From Pelomyxa schiedti (taxonomy: Eukaryota; Protista; Evosea), in the NCBI GenBank assembly GCA_020536535.1, contig JAHLWZ010000562.1, forward strand, positions 1 through 64,000: a DNA stretch of 64,000 nucleotides. The letters are read 5' to 3'. The position numbers were made by a program, and so were the translations under genes. The notes below the pieces were generated by a model. The model was not told the origin of the DNA, searched no databases, and saw only the letters and a list, made by a program, of their open reading frames with translations. Below are positions 38,601 to 51,744 of this stretch, in pieces; the first letter of the stretch is position 1, and the number at the start of each line of letters is the position of its first letter.

Positions 38601-41210
38601 GATGTATTGTCAAAGAGGAGGATGCGACGTTGTGGTGGACTCACTTGTACCGGACTTATCTGTATCCCATTTGAACCTTATCCCTATTTCTTCTTTGGAA
38701 AAGCAGGGAAGACTTGGTGGAGGTACATTTGGCGAAGTATTTAAATGCACCTGGGCTGGGAAAGATGCAGCCTGGAAGACAGTAAAACAACTTGTGTGTA
38801 CTGTAACAGTTCGTACTCTCAATAAGATTAATTATGTAGGACAATAATCCTAGCAGTCAAGTGGAAAGGTTCTCTGCTTTTAAGAAAGAAGCTGAACTTA
38901 TGGCCGGATTAGATTGTCCATATGTGATTCAGTTGGTTGGTGTGACAGTCCCCCCGTCAATTGGCCTTATTATGGAGGTTTTTCCCCTTGACCTGAAATT
39001 GCAATTTCACACTTGGGCCAAGTTTGCATCATTTGGCGACTTGCACTCCATGGTCCTGAGAACATCTCTTGACTGGAGACAGAAGCATCTCATTGCCCTT
39101 GATACAACAAGAGGTCTGGAATATCTTCACTCACTCTCTCCACCAATTGTTCACAGAGGTAAACCCTAACGATCCTAGGCATTTAAATCACTTTAATTCC
39201 ACAGATTTGCGTTCCCCTAACGTTTTAATATTTTCGTTAAGTGATTCCTGTGAGGTGATTCACGCCAAAATCTCTGACTTGGGTACTTTTCATTTACTTG
39301 TTTGAAAATTTTATTATTGATCTGTTCTTAGGACTCAGTCAAAAGGCAATTGGAGATATTGGCGGCACATTTCACGATAAATATCAGTGCTTTGCACCAG
39401 AAGTATTTAGTATTCACTCGAAATCATACAATGAATCATCAGATGTTTATGCTTTGGCTATGGTCTTTTTTGAACTTGCATCTGGAACATACCCATATGA
39501 TGAATTTCACATATTACCGAAGTACTGCACCTCAATTGGAAAGCTGAAGGAACAACAACTGAAATCTGATATCCTTGAAGGGTTACGGCCCACAATCCCA
39601 GAGTCTTTTTCCACAGTGTTTTCAGAGCTTCTTCCAAGGTGCTGGTCTGGTGTACCGCACGATCGGCCCAAGGCTTCACAGATTGTCTCGCGGATAGAGC
39701 AATTATTACATATCCCCCCAGTGAAATCGCATGGCAGCATACAGGAAAAGCTTCATTTAGCTGGGACCATAGCTGCGCCAGCATGTGACCTTACTCTACT
39801 ATCACAAGACCAAGTAGGTGAGGGGCAGTTACAAAAACCCGTATGGTCACTTTTGTGGGTTGGAAATATACTATTTTGTGGTTGTGAAGATGGGCAACTC
39901 GTCCTGGCCACTATATCTACCACAACAAATACAGAAGCAGTTCTTTTCACATCAATACGAGTACATGAGTCTATAATCTACACACTTGCATTTTGCGATA
40001 ATCGCGTGTGGTGTGGTTCTTGTAACGGGCTATTGCACAGCTTCTCAGTGGTTAATAACCGAGCTGAGCAACCACTGCAAATATTTCAGGATGGATGGAT
40101 TATCTCAAGCATAGGTATTGTAACAACTAATGACAAGCAATATCTATGGTGTGGGACACCAACAGATAATTGTTGCATTGCTGTGGTTGATACCACAAGG
40201 AAAATATTGCAAGATACTATCCAATTAGATAGGTTAGTTGGCGCACTGATCCCAAAAATGCTAATCCACGCAACTTCGACAGCAAACACCCTGTGTCAAG
40301 CATAAAGCAATATAAACGGTGGGTATGGGTGGGCTGTCAAGGCACCATAGTCTTATTTGATTGCACCTTGTGGCAAGCGCAAACAGAGCTGAAGATATCG
40401 GCACGACATCCCGTCTTCTCCATGCAAATACACGAGAAGAACGAGCAAATGTGGTGCGCAGCAGGTCCGTGTGTTGCCGTATGTGATGCCAACACTGCTG
40501 AAGTCATTCTGCGAATCGAAGTTGGACTTGTTGAAGGAGCTTCCACTCTGCTTGTGCCGATTGTTCAAGACTTGTGCATCGATGAGGACACCGACATTGT
40601 GTGGTGTTCCGATAGCGCTGGCCGAATGCATGCATTTTTCGCCGGGTCACTCACTAAGACTCTGTGCTCGCCGATTCCAGACCAACCGCCAGGCCGCACT
40701 GTGTTCAGGTCTCTGTGCATGTCAAGAACCAGCAATGGCAAAAAGTACTTGTGGGCGTCCACTATATCCAGCTTCAAAGCTCTAATAAAGTACCAGCCGA
40801 TATGCTCGGCCCCTGTAAAGACACCACCACCTGCAGATAATATTACTGGAAAGACCGGGGGGCAAGTTGATACACCTGCTATTTCAACTACAACTTCAAC
40901 TTGGACAGCCGCAGTTCCAAGCCCAGTTGTGTCCAGAACCATCAAAGGTATGCCTCCCATATTTTCATTTCCCTGCCATCTTCTGACTATCTGTGCAGTT
41001 TCAATCACGTACAAGGGAAGGTCCAAGGTGGTTGTTGTGGATTCCCAAATGACTCTGCAGCAGCTGCTCCTAAAGAATTTACCCCGAGGCCTCAAGCCTG
41101 AAGAGGCTGCATTTGGTACACCTGATGGGGCGGAGCTGGACTCGGACCTGACTGTAGAGGCTGCAATCAAGATAGCACCAGAGTGGCACATCATTGAGAA
41201 AGACTGGTGA
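35672..41210 (+). CDS. Roco (LRRK-type) kinase with N-terminal Rab1-like domain: Rab-LRR-Roc-COR-kinase-WD40-like-Ub-like; one in-frame TGA at 37514
   Basis: Rab: YDYFFKILLVGDSNVGK|TCLLLRYVDDTF, YYRGAQG, ETSAK. LRRs such as LTTLDLSYNCISSLPEEIG. Roc: VKLVILGSTAVGKTSL, YDFGGQ, ILVGTHAD. COR: AALFFHEVGSLLYF. Kinase: LGGGTFGEV, IVHR|DLRSPNVL, KISDLG, FAPE, SDVYA. Confidence 0.87.
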
Positions 41211-41410
41211 CCAAACAAAAAAGAAAAACTTGTTTATCCACTGACCCCAGTGCATTTTGATGATAGTTTTGGTTTTTTGTCAAAAACCTCGCTTTCCTTC
41301 CCCATTTTTCTTTCTGGCTCTCCTCACTGGAGACTCATTTTCCGGGCATTCCTTATCTTCCACAGAAAAGTGTCCGAATTGGAATTGTGGGTGTTGGTAC
41401 GGCAAGCGGG

Positions 41411-43539
41411 ATGTGCACAGGGCAATCTGTTGGGGACGGGGCAGTGGCTCTGGAAGAGGAAACTCTGCGTTCAGTCGAGAGGCACACTATAACTTTTGTC
41501 AACCTCAGCGGTATGGTTTCTTATGGCAACATTCAAATCGTCGACGAGAGTTGAACCCAATGCTTTTTTTTTTCCTGTGTTTTTTTGTTTATTTCTTTTC
41601 TTCTGTAAGCCAAGAATGTGGGACCACGTGAGGCGTGCTGTATCGCACGGGCACTGGAAAATAATCACTCTGTAGAGACTCTGAACCTGGGAAGTTACGT
41701 TGTGTACAACAAAAACCTAGGCGGAAGCACTGATAGATTGTATTGTGTTTTATTTCGTGTGTCAATGCAGGAAACAATATTTCTGATGAAGGAGTTGCGA
41801 GTTTGGCCAAATGTCTCAAAGTGAATTCTTCACTCCAAAAAGTGAAACTGAAATGTACGTCGTGTTTTAATTTTTTTTCTTTTTGCCTCACAGAACCAAC
41901 AGATAACGGGATTGGCCCAACTGGAGCCCAGGCATTGGCGGAATGTCTGCCATTCAATAGAACACTGAGAAGTCTATCCTTCAGTGGTACCAAAGTTTCC
42001 GTGCAAGAAAACCCTGTTAATCACCAGTAGAAAATGGAATAGCCACAGCTGGTGCTGAATTTATTGCTTCCACTCTTTCTGACTCCTATCTGGAAAGACT
42101 GGATGCTAGTGGTGTGTCACTATGTCCGCCCAACTGTCGCTTCCAATAGAAAATTCCAGTAAATTCCATTGAATCGACTGGTTGCCAGTGTCTCCTAAAA
42201 AGTCTTCTCTCAAATAGCCACCTAAGAAGTTTCGATCTCAGTTGTGAGTTTTTCTCCCTCAAATGTAATTTGTACTTTCTCTCTTATAGTGAACAATATT
42301 GGCGCATCAAAGGGCTCAGATATGTTGAAACAGGTTCTTGAGAGCAACAACACGTTGACAAAACTCACTTTAGGAAGTATGTGTATGCTCTTCTGTGTCA
42401 CCCCCCAATCACTTTTTCAGTGACAGCTCTGGGTGCAAAAGGTGCGCAAAAAGTAGCCGCTGCACTATCAAATAATTGCACTTTAAAAAAGCTGGACTTG
42501 ATTCGTATGCCACATCGTATTGTCTTTCACAATTCATTGCCACTAGTTAATACCATTGGTGACCAAGGTGCCTCCTGTATTGCTGAGAGTTTGACGACTA
42601 ACCATTGCCTTGAAGAACTCTTTTTAGCAAGTAGATTAATGGCACCCTATTCATTGCTTAACTGAGAAGCCTATTAGGAAATGGAATTGGGCCAGAAGGG
42701 GCTAAGAGTATTGCCGAAATGCTTTGCTTAAATCAAACGCTGAAAGTTTTAGACCTGAGCAGTATGTTTAATTGTGTGTCCCGAGTGTAATTTGATGAAG
42801 GAAATTTCGTTGGTGGTAAAAATTCAGCAGAACGAATTGCAACAGCATTATGTTCAAACAAATCGTTGAAAGTCTTAAATCTTAGCGGTATGTAATTGAG
42901 TGTTTCATCTTCTCCTCACTTGAAGCAGCAAATGGAATTCGAGCCCATGAAAAGTTTTCCGAAATGATTACTGTCAATACAACTCTGAGAGTCTTAAATA
43001 TGGCCTGTAGGGAGAATTGTAAATTAACGAAACTAAAAAAAAAAGCTAATTGCATTGACGATCCTGGGGGACAAGCCATTGCGCAAGCCCTCTTACAGAA
43101 TGAATCCTTGAGGGAACTGTACCTTCCAAGTACATATGATTGTTGAAATAAGGAAACTCACATCACTTTAAAAATAAAAAGGTAACAACATGACTCTCCT
43201 CAGTGATCCCTTTTTTGCCCAAGTAGTTGATAAATCTGATTCCCTCAATTTTTTGCACCTCAGTGGTGTGTAACCCCTTCCTTTTTCAAACTATATTTAC
43301 CCCCTTTCTCACACACCCCAAAAGAGTCCCGGCACTGGAGCTCCACAATTCAGGCCAGCATTCGGCGGCTTATCCGCGCACGCAGCGTCGCCATTGCAAT
43401 GCTGTGTGCCCATCTATCCCGCTGCGGAGCACAGAGCGGCCTCAGGGCCCTTTCCCCCGATACACTTCAAGATATAGTCTCACTCTTCAACCGGTATTCT
43501 TTCAACTTTTCACTGTGTGAGTGTGGAGCGGGTGGGTAG
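41411..43539 (+). CDS. RNI-like (NLRC3-type) leucine-rich repeat protein with C-terminal F-box-like helical motif
   Basis: About 12 repeats such as NNISDEGVASLAKCLKVNSSLQKVKL and NTIGDQGASCIAESLTTNHCLEELFL, one per exon. The start codon is uncertain. Last exon ends CECGAGG* at 43539. Confidence 0.8.
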
Positions 43540-43782
43540 TTGATAGTGCAATGCGCAGATTCTTATTCACACCCCTTTTATATACAGGCACACGCAACTC
43601 CTTCTGAGTTTAAATTAACCTCGTTCTGCTTTGCTTTTGTGTGGCTCTGTCGAGACGGTTTCGGCCTTGTCTCTTTCCTTGAAACTTTTTCCGTTGAACC
43701 GACCCGGCGTCGTTTAACCGCCGAACGTTCGAAAAACCAATTAAAAAAAATAAAAACCTAATAGTGTTGTTGAGATCTCATT

Positions 43783-46625
43783 ATGTCGAAGAAAGTCGCG
43801 TGCACCGAGTCGGACGATGTTGTGGACGAGGCAGATGACGTAAAGGTTGTGGTCAGCAAGTCTAAATCAAAGTCAGTAAGCATAGAAGTGGCGAAGGAAT
43901 CTGCAGCGGCGACATGCATTACCACATCTACATCTACGAGTTCGTCGTCGGCGTCTTCGGCGTCTGCCGCGGCGCCGTCGGCACCTCCTATGACGCTGAT
44001 CTTAAAGACGCCATCTGGGAAAGCCGTGTCTGTGGACGTTCCGCCCTCTGAAACTATTGGGGCACTGAGGACACGAGCGTGCGCTCTGGCGGGAGGTTCA
44101 GTTCCGAAGTCACGTGCCACCCTTGTCATCAGGGGAGGCAAGGTATCTATTGTCTCCGATTTGGCTTTGGGAGTAATTTCCTTTCTTTCTCGCTTATCTG
44201 TAAATGAATAGGAGTTGACGGATAACTCATTGAGCATCGTTGCTGCTGGCTTGTCAAATGAGTGCACTGTCACCCTGAAAATTGCCGACCCACCTCCGAT
44301 AGTGTGTAACCCTCCAGCTTCACTAGTAATAATAATATCTCAAGGGTCCTGACATTGAAGTAATGATCAAAATGGCCAGCGGGGAATGTTTCCAGCAGCA
44401 AATTAACGGGATAAATGACGTGCTAGATCTGCGATCCCGTGTGGCAACCCATGCTTCCGTGGCAGTTGACCGGGTTACCTTATCACTTGCCGGCACCGAA
44501 CTTACAAACGGAACTACATGCAGCGATGCCGGGCTTGTTCGTGAATGTGTAATCAACGCTGTTGTGAAAGAGGCTCCACCGACTCCAGCGGCCCCGCCAC
44601 CAATAGGTGGAATGTCGGAAGAAGAGAAACAGGCACTATTAAACAGTTTTGCTGACAGTTCCAAGGTAATAGACATCCTCTTCTGCTTTGATACAACGGG
44701 TAAATCTTCTTTGCTTTTGTTGTGCAAGCCAAGTAAACTTAAAAAGGGAGCATGTATAGTGTACTCCAACAAGTACGGGATACTATTGAGCAAGCATGTG
44801 AGCGTCTTGTTAAAGAGATTAAAGGAATTCGTATAGCTATAATGGCTATTGGTGATTACTGTGATGGTGTAACCAACTATGTCACTGAGTACATTGATCT
44901 TTCAAATGACGCCAAAAAGCTCTCCAAATTTGTTCGTGAGGTAAAAGCTACCAGTGGTGGGGATACTCCAGAAGCTTATGAATGGTTTGAACCTAAAATC
45001 GGTTTCGAGGAATTCACCAATAGTACAGGGGTCTGAGACAAGCGAGATCTCTGTCATGGAGACCTGACTCTTCCAAAGCACTTGTAATGATTGCGGATTC
45101 CCCACCTCATCCGCCGTCATATACGAAGGAGAAGATCTGGTGGAAGACCGAAGCAGACAAACTTGCACAAATAGGTGTAAAAATCTACGGTGTGCAAGCT
45201 ATGCCAAATCCTCAATATAGAAGTTTCTTTGAGGAGCTTGCCAGGCGTACGGGAGGACTGTATGTTCCGTTCAGCAACTTCAACTTAATTACCGAAATGT
45301 TCCTTGCTGGTACATATACTTTGGAATTATGTACGTTAACTTTACCCCAGTGTGTTACCGTGAGGCCAATAAAGCAAAGCTGGAGAAATTCGCTGCGGAA
45401 ATGAAGGCAGATGGTAAAATGAACGAAGCAATGACTCAAATGATTGACACACTATCTCAGCCAGACATGGAAAAGAAAACGTAGTTTTCATGTTATTCTC
45501 CTCTCCTCTCTCATCACCTACTGTAGAAAAGACAAGAGTAAACCTAAAGAGTCGGAAACAACTTCCACAACAACCACTTCAGCCCCCAAAACACCTAAGT
45601 ACAATCCAAGTTGCCATGAGGATTGGTGGTCCCGAAAAAATGATCATGGTTCCCCCCAGTACCGACTTGTGATGGGGAAGTGGCTTCCAACAACAAACAT
45701 TCTTCCATCTTTCGAGGATATTGTGGATGGAATTTCCGACATATTGCCTTCCCTACCATCATTCTCATCTTCAACTCATTACTCTCCTCCTCCTACTGCA
45801 TCTGGTACCGAACAAAAAATTGTTGTGTTGGGTGCTGGTGGTGTGGGCAAATCTTCTATTGTGATTCAATACATCCAGAGCCACTTGTTTGTCTTCTATT
45901 GGGACCAATTTATAAAGCACTAACATCTTCCCTAGTATAGAGGAATATGATCCAACCATTGAAGACTCTTATGTAAAAGAACTAGCATCTATTATGTACT
46001 AACTGTAAGTAGAGAAAGCAAGTTGTAGTAGATGGGTCTACTGTCATGTTGGATATCCTGGATACCGCAGGTATTTCCTTACTTTGTTGGTAGCAAGGTT
46101 TACTAATTCCCAGAAGGTCAAGAAGAGTTTTCTGCCATACGTGATCAGTGAGTCTCTTCTTATTTTTGCAAACTCTTACTATGCCAAGGTACATACGAAC
46201 TGGAATGGGGTTTATTGTTGTCTATGCAGTGAACAGCCCGTCTTCATTTGATGAAGCTCCAACCTTTCACGAGCAAATTCTAAGAATTAAGGATACTGAC
46301 CAAGTTCCATGTAAGCTGTACTTTTTTGACTGCGAAATGATAACTCCGGGCAGGTGTTATCGTAGGAAACAAAATAGACCTGGAATCTGAAAGGAAAATA
46401 ACCACAGCACAAGGAACGGAACTAGCCAAGAAGCTCAACGCGCCTTTCTTCGAGTCAAGTGCCAAAACGCGGATAAACATTGAGGAAACCTTCACAGGTT
46501 TTACCCCTTTTGTTGTGTCATAGGCTAACCTGGTGCCAGAGCTATCAAGGCAAATAACAGCCAAGGCCAAAGCACCCACACCCCCATCCAGTTCTTCTTC
46601 TTCAGGAGGCTGCCTTGTGTGTTGA
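43783..46625 (+). CDS. UBL-UBL-vWA-Ras fusion protein ending in CaaX-like CLVC
   Basis: UBL1 MTLILKTPSGKAVSVDVPPSETIGALR; UBL2 VMIKMASGECFQQQI. vWA DILFCFDTTG|SM, IGDYCD, GGDTPEAYE. Ras KIVVLGAGGVGKS, YDPTIEDSY, LDTA|GQEEFSAIRDQ, VGNKIDL, ESSAK, then GGCLVC*. Confidence 0.87.
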
Positions 46626-46817
46626 ATTTCGACACCCTTTGTACTGTGTTTCAATAGCCCGAAAGGGAGAGAGAGAAAAAAAAAGCAAAACCTTACGATT
46701 TCATTTACCATTCGAATTCCTCGTTGGTTGGGGTAATGCCCTCAGTCCGACAACTTTTTGATGGAAGACTGAGAAAGAGGAAAAAAGCAAAAATTTTAAA
46801 ATAAGGAATCTTTGGTG

Positions 46818-48183
46818 ATGGTGCGCACTGCCACTACTTTTTTTTTCCCTCCTTTGTTTTATTGAACGTTGGGTTGTAATGTGGCCGTAGTCTCGACGAT
46901 ACGATACACGGACTACGATCTTTTCTCCGGAAGGTTGGTTTTTAACGCCCCTCTGTCTCTCATCGTATAGTTTCGCGTCGTTGTTTTGTTGTTTTTTTGG
47001 AGGTGGCAACACAAACGTGACTATGACTGACGTTTGAGTAAAGGGCGATTGTACCAAGTAGAGTATGCCATAGAGGCAATTTCTCATGCAGGAGCAGCTG
47101 TTGGTGTGCTGGCACGTGATGGAATTGTTTTGGCTGCTGAGAAGAAGTTGTCTGCAAAACTACTTGATCCTGGTCAATCCAGGTTTGCACCCGAAAAAGA
47201 ACTAAACAAACCTACAAAAAAAATGGTCCTCAGAAGTATTTTGCAATTAACACTACTTAATCTTTCATCTTTGTAACATTGTATCTCATAACCTTTCATA
47301 TCCCAATGGGAGCCTTTTTTTTTTAATTCCAAAAAAGTGAGAAGATGTACCTGATTGACAACCACATGGCATGTGCAGTAGCCGGTATTACTGCAGATGC
47401 AAACATCCTTGTAAGTTATCTTAGGCTGTCTTCACAACGGTGTGTTATTTTATCTAGATAAGTCTCAACATCTTACATTTACATCAGCTACTTATATCGA
47501 TACAACGAGCTAATGCCAGTCGAGCAACTCATCCAGCAGGTGTGTGATTTGAAACAGTCGTATACACAGTTCGGAGGACTTCGCCCATTTGGTGTATCGT
47601 TCTTGTATGCAGGATGGGATGAACATTTTGGGTTCCAGTTGTATATGAGTGACCCAAGCGGCAACTATGGGGGGTGGAGAGCTACAGCAATAGGTTTGGT
47701 TTCATCATGCCATTTGTGAGCAGGGATAATATTGTTCCTTAATCAGGAGCCAATAATCAGGCTGCTCAATCGATCCTGAAGTCTGACTACAAAGAAGACA
47801 TTAACCTCAACGAAGCCCTCAAGCTAGCTGTCAAAATTCTATCCAAGACAATGGACTCCACCTCAATGTCAGCGGAAAAACGTACGGTCCCGCACACCAC
47901 TTCACTCTTCAATCCTCAAACTCTCAAATCACCCCTACGCATAACATACCACCCATCCCTTCACACTCCCAACTACCTATCGATCCACACTCAAAACCCG
48001 CACCTTCACTCCAATATCTCGCTTTCAAGTTCTAACACTAACACCCACACAGTTGAAATCGGACACCTCACGCTGGATGCGGACGGCAACCCCAAGTTCC
48101 ACTCCATGACACCAAAGGAGCTCGTTGCGCTCTTGGCCGAGTGCGAGGTAGCCGAGTCCACCACCACGTCCTCGTCGTCTTGA
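46818..48183 (+). CDS. PSMA4: 20S proteasome subunit alpha-3 (PSMA4/Pre9)
   Basis: M|[14 protein letters not shown]|[64 protein letters not shown]|[12 protein letters not shown]. Confidence 0.96.
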
Positions 48184-48375
48184 TCGAGTTAAATTTGGCT
48201 TTAATTTGCTTGCTTCGCCGGGTTTTTTTTTTGTTTTTTCATCGCAGATTCGTTGTCGTTCTGTGTCTGATCAGACAAACCCAAAAAAACGAAAAGATTT
48301 AGACAAATTAAAAAAACAAAAGAAACCCAACGACAACCATCAAAGAAACAAAAAACTCCCGAAGGGTCACGATCC

Positions 48376-49352
48376 ATGTCTACAGATATTGCACGTGAGT
48401 GCTCCACGCCATCCCACAATTCCACCTCACACCCTCTCCCTCTGCATTTAAAATGCACACGCTAACTTTTTTTTTTTTTTTTTCCATTCCTCTTTCTTAC
48501 GGTTTGTAACACATACAATAATAACAGCTGAGTGTGGAAAATGTGGTGTAGCTGTTAGTAGCAATTACCTTACTGCCGTGGGCAAAAGGTGGCATGCAGC
48601 CTGTTTCGTGTGCGCTTCGTGCAACTCGGAGCTGTCTACAAACCCCTTCGTGAAAAAATCGTGTGCTTTCACACCCGCCTTCATCCCATATTTTCATTTT
48701 ACTTGAGTAGTATCACCCTCGCCATTTTACTTATAATACTGTAGACCCTTATTTCTCTTTTTTAACATAAACCTTCACTTTTTCTTAATTCTTATTCACA
48801 GCGATGGCGCGTTGTGGTGCGTGAGGTGCAATGACGACCACAAGCGCAGAACTGCTCCCAAGTGTTCCAAATGCGGCATGGAGATTATGGATTCCCAGTA
48901 CATTGAGGCTTCAGTATGCACCCAATTGAACATTCAGTGGCATTATGTTCTAACCAATAAATCAAAACCCTAGGGCAAGTCGTGGCACAAGTCATGCCTC
49001 TCTTGCGAGACCTGCAACACTCCCCTAACTGGGCGTTACTTCACAAAGAAGGGAAAGACCTACTGCCAGGAACACTATGACGAGCACTTCTCCCGAGACT
49101 GCCATACCTGTGGAAAGCGAGTCCTGCGTTCAACAGAACAGTGCATTAAAGCCGTATGCCCTTTTTTCTTTATGTGCTCCTTTTTCCTTTTTTTTTTTTC
49201 TGTTCTGTATTTATTCACACATTTTTCAGCTTGGACATGGATTCCATTCGACTTGCTTTGTATGTGTCAGGTGCCACAAACAAATGGATGTATCCGACAA
49301 GTTCTATGAGGAACACGGCGCTCCCCTTTGTTTGGCTTGCCACGGCCCCTAG
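48376..49352 (+). CDS. Small triple-LIM-domain (paxillin-like) protein
   Basis: Three LIM patterns: CGKC...WHAACFVCASC, CSKC...WHKSCLSCETC...YCQEHY, CHTC...FHSTCFVCVRC...LCLAC. Confidence 0.9.
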
Positions 49353-49536
49353 ACCATTCGTAATTCCTATTGTAACCCCAAGATAGCTAGAAAAAATAAA
49401 AAAGAGTAATTTCACCAATCTCCCTTTGTTCTTTCTTGTTACCACCTTTGTACCCCAAGACAAGAAAGTCGTAAAGATAAAGAAAAGAAAAATTGGTAGT
49501 GTTATAAGGTTGGGTTGAAATGTGTGTACTATTGTG

Positions 49537-51744
49537 TCACAGTGAGATACCAAGCTTGAGCAGCTCCTGTTGGCAAACTGGGCCCTGTGCGAGGACTATG
49601 TGTGCCACTGCTTCACTGACACTCTCAATGATGCAGGCGTTGACCATCCCTCCGATGTCCAGCAAGTCCCTGATTGGCTCGGGGATGAGAGACTCGAGAG
49701 GGTCAATGACCTCCTTGATGAGGGGGATGACTACTTTCTGGATGGGAGCAAGGACTGGCCGCTTGACAAACTCAATAGCGTACTTGGATACCAGGAAGAG
49801 GATGTTCTTGCGGGCGCACTTCATGGCTTTGCGGTAACCAATGATGAAAGACTCGTTGCACTTTGTTGGCCAGTCTCGGGTATCGCTTGCGTTGGTCATG
49901 GCGCCGTAGAGGTAGTCTCCAAACTTCCAGCTGAACTTCTTGAGCATGCGCTTGTGGATGTACTTCTGAATGTCGCAGGAGAGCTCCCAGAAAGCATCGG
50001 GTACAGGCCCAAGGTCAACCAGCAGAGTGGAAAGGTCCCACCAGAGCTCCCTTCCTGCACTCCTAATCTCATACCCGCGCCACCTGGTGCGCCATGCGGC
50101 GTCCCACTCCTCCCAGTCCAACTTCTGTTGTACTTCGTCAATCTTGGAGGGGTCTGCGGTTTTGGCGATCTCGTCTTTTTGCTTCATCAAGAAGACGATT
50201 ACGTCCATGTAGTTCTCGGGGTCGATCAACTCAATGAGGGAGTTGGCGATATCGATGATCTTAGAGAATGGAGAAAGAAGAAGCTTCAGTGCATCGTGAG
50301 CAAGATCCTTGCTGCACTCCCCAACCATGGCTTCAATCTGCTTTTGAATAGCATCCTCCATCTTCTTGTAAACATGCTTCTTGGTATCATGGACTATGTC
50401 ACGAATATCACGTGCCTTCTCAATATCCATAGTCATAATGGCATCGTTCAATTTGGTGTTAATGTCGGGAGCTTTCTCCACGGCGGGTTGAAGAGATTCA
50501 ACGAGAGGAGGGATAAGCTGCCTGAGGATGTTGCCCACAACCCGTTCAATCTGTTCCACGATGGGGGCAAGTGCTGCAGCCATACCACTCTTAATCTTGC
50601 CCTTAATTTCGGCTTTCACTTGGACGATTTTGTCAAACTGTTGCCCGAGGACCTCCTCTACTTTCTTCCTGAGAGGCTTTGCTTGCTCGGCAGCAGCATT
50701 CCACGTCGCGGTAACGACGGGACCAACTGTAACACTTACTGACCTACAAAACATAAGGGACGAAATACAAAAAAAAATTGATGGAACCTGTAAGCTAATT
50801 TAAGAGCGACCTTCCTGGCGGCTTCGGAGGGTGGGCACGCCTGGACAATGTCGTACCACATTTCCTTTCGAATTTCCTCAACGACCAGCTTGGAAATGGC
50901 CTCGCCTTGGGTGTCCCAAACAATCTTCTTCCAAACCCAAAGGTCCCATTTCGTCCGTTCAATAGCGGCATCGAAGACCTTATCACCAAGAGGATCATCG
51001 GATTTTACTGAAAAGCGTCAGGACAGAGATGAAGGAAATGAACGCAAACCTAATCCAAGGAATTTAAGAAGCTCTGGCTCTTTGGTGAGAGCCTCCACCT
51101 CAGTCAAAGACTTGAGGTAATGAGTAAGACTCTTCTTTCGATCTTTGAGGAACTCCTTATGTAAGTTGCGGGCGCCGAAAGCAGAGCTTGCACCAGGGAG
51201 ACGAGCATCAGCTGGCACCTTCTTGCCAAGCTGTTCACGGGGTAAGGCCACAGAAAGGTGAAAAAACAATCGACCTTCTTGTTAAGCAACTTGAATTCCT
51301 TGTACCTTCTGCTCTTGGTGGCTTCTCTTGTCTTGTAGCTTGCAACGACAATGTAACTCTAGTGCCACAAAGAAGAAAAATTAAGTAAAAAGGGTAAGTT
51401 GACATTAACAGGCATACCACGTAGGGATCAATATCCTCATCGAGCTTTTCCCAATTAGCAACCTTGGCAGACAGTTTGTCTTTGTTTTTCTTAGTTGGCT
51501 TGGTGCCTCTTGGTCTTCGGGGCTTTTGTTCAGTTGGGCCACGTGCAGCCCTCTTTTCTTCACGGAGGCGTTTCTCCTCCTCTTTGCGCTGTTTTTTCTC
51601 TGCGTTTTCAATGAGTTCGTCTTTGAGGCAGTTGAGGTAGTTTGAAGTAAAACGCCCTCCAACGCGTTGTGCAATTTGCTTAATGGTCTCGAGCTTTCCC
51701 GCGTCCACCGGGTTGCTCGGTTTCAAACTGGACAAGAACGACAT
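49537..51744 (-). CDS. PX-domain protein with long C-terminal helical region (Niban/FAM129-like)
   Basis: PX motifs SRRYKEFKLL, LPGASS..F and FLKDRKKSLTHYLKSL, followed by a 405-aa helical exon. The Niban resemblance is from pattern recall only. Confidence 0.72.

Noticed and set aside
49570-50742. 390-aa plus-strand ORF
   Set aside because: It is the antisense shadow of the codon-biased PX-protein exon and has no recognisable motifs.
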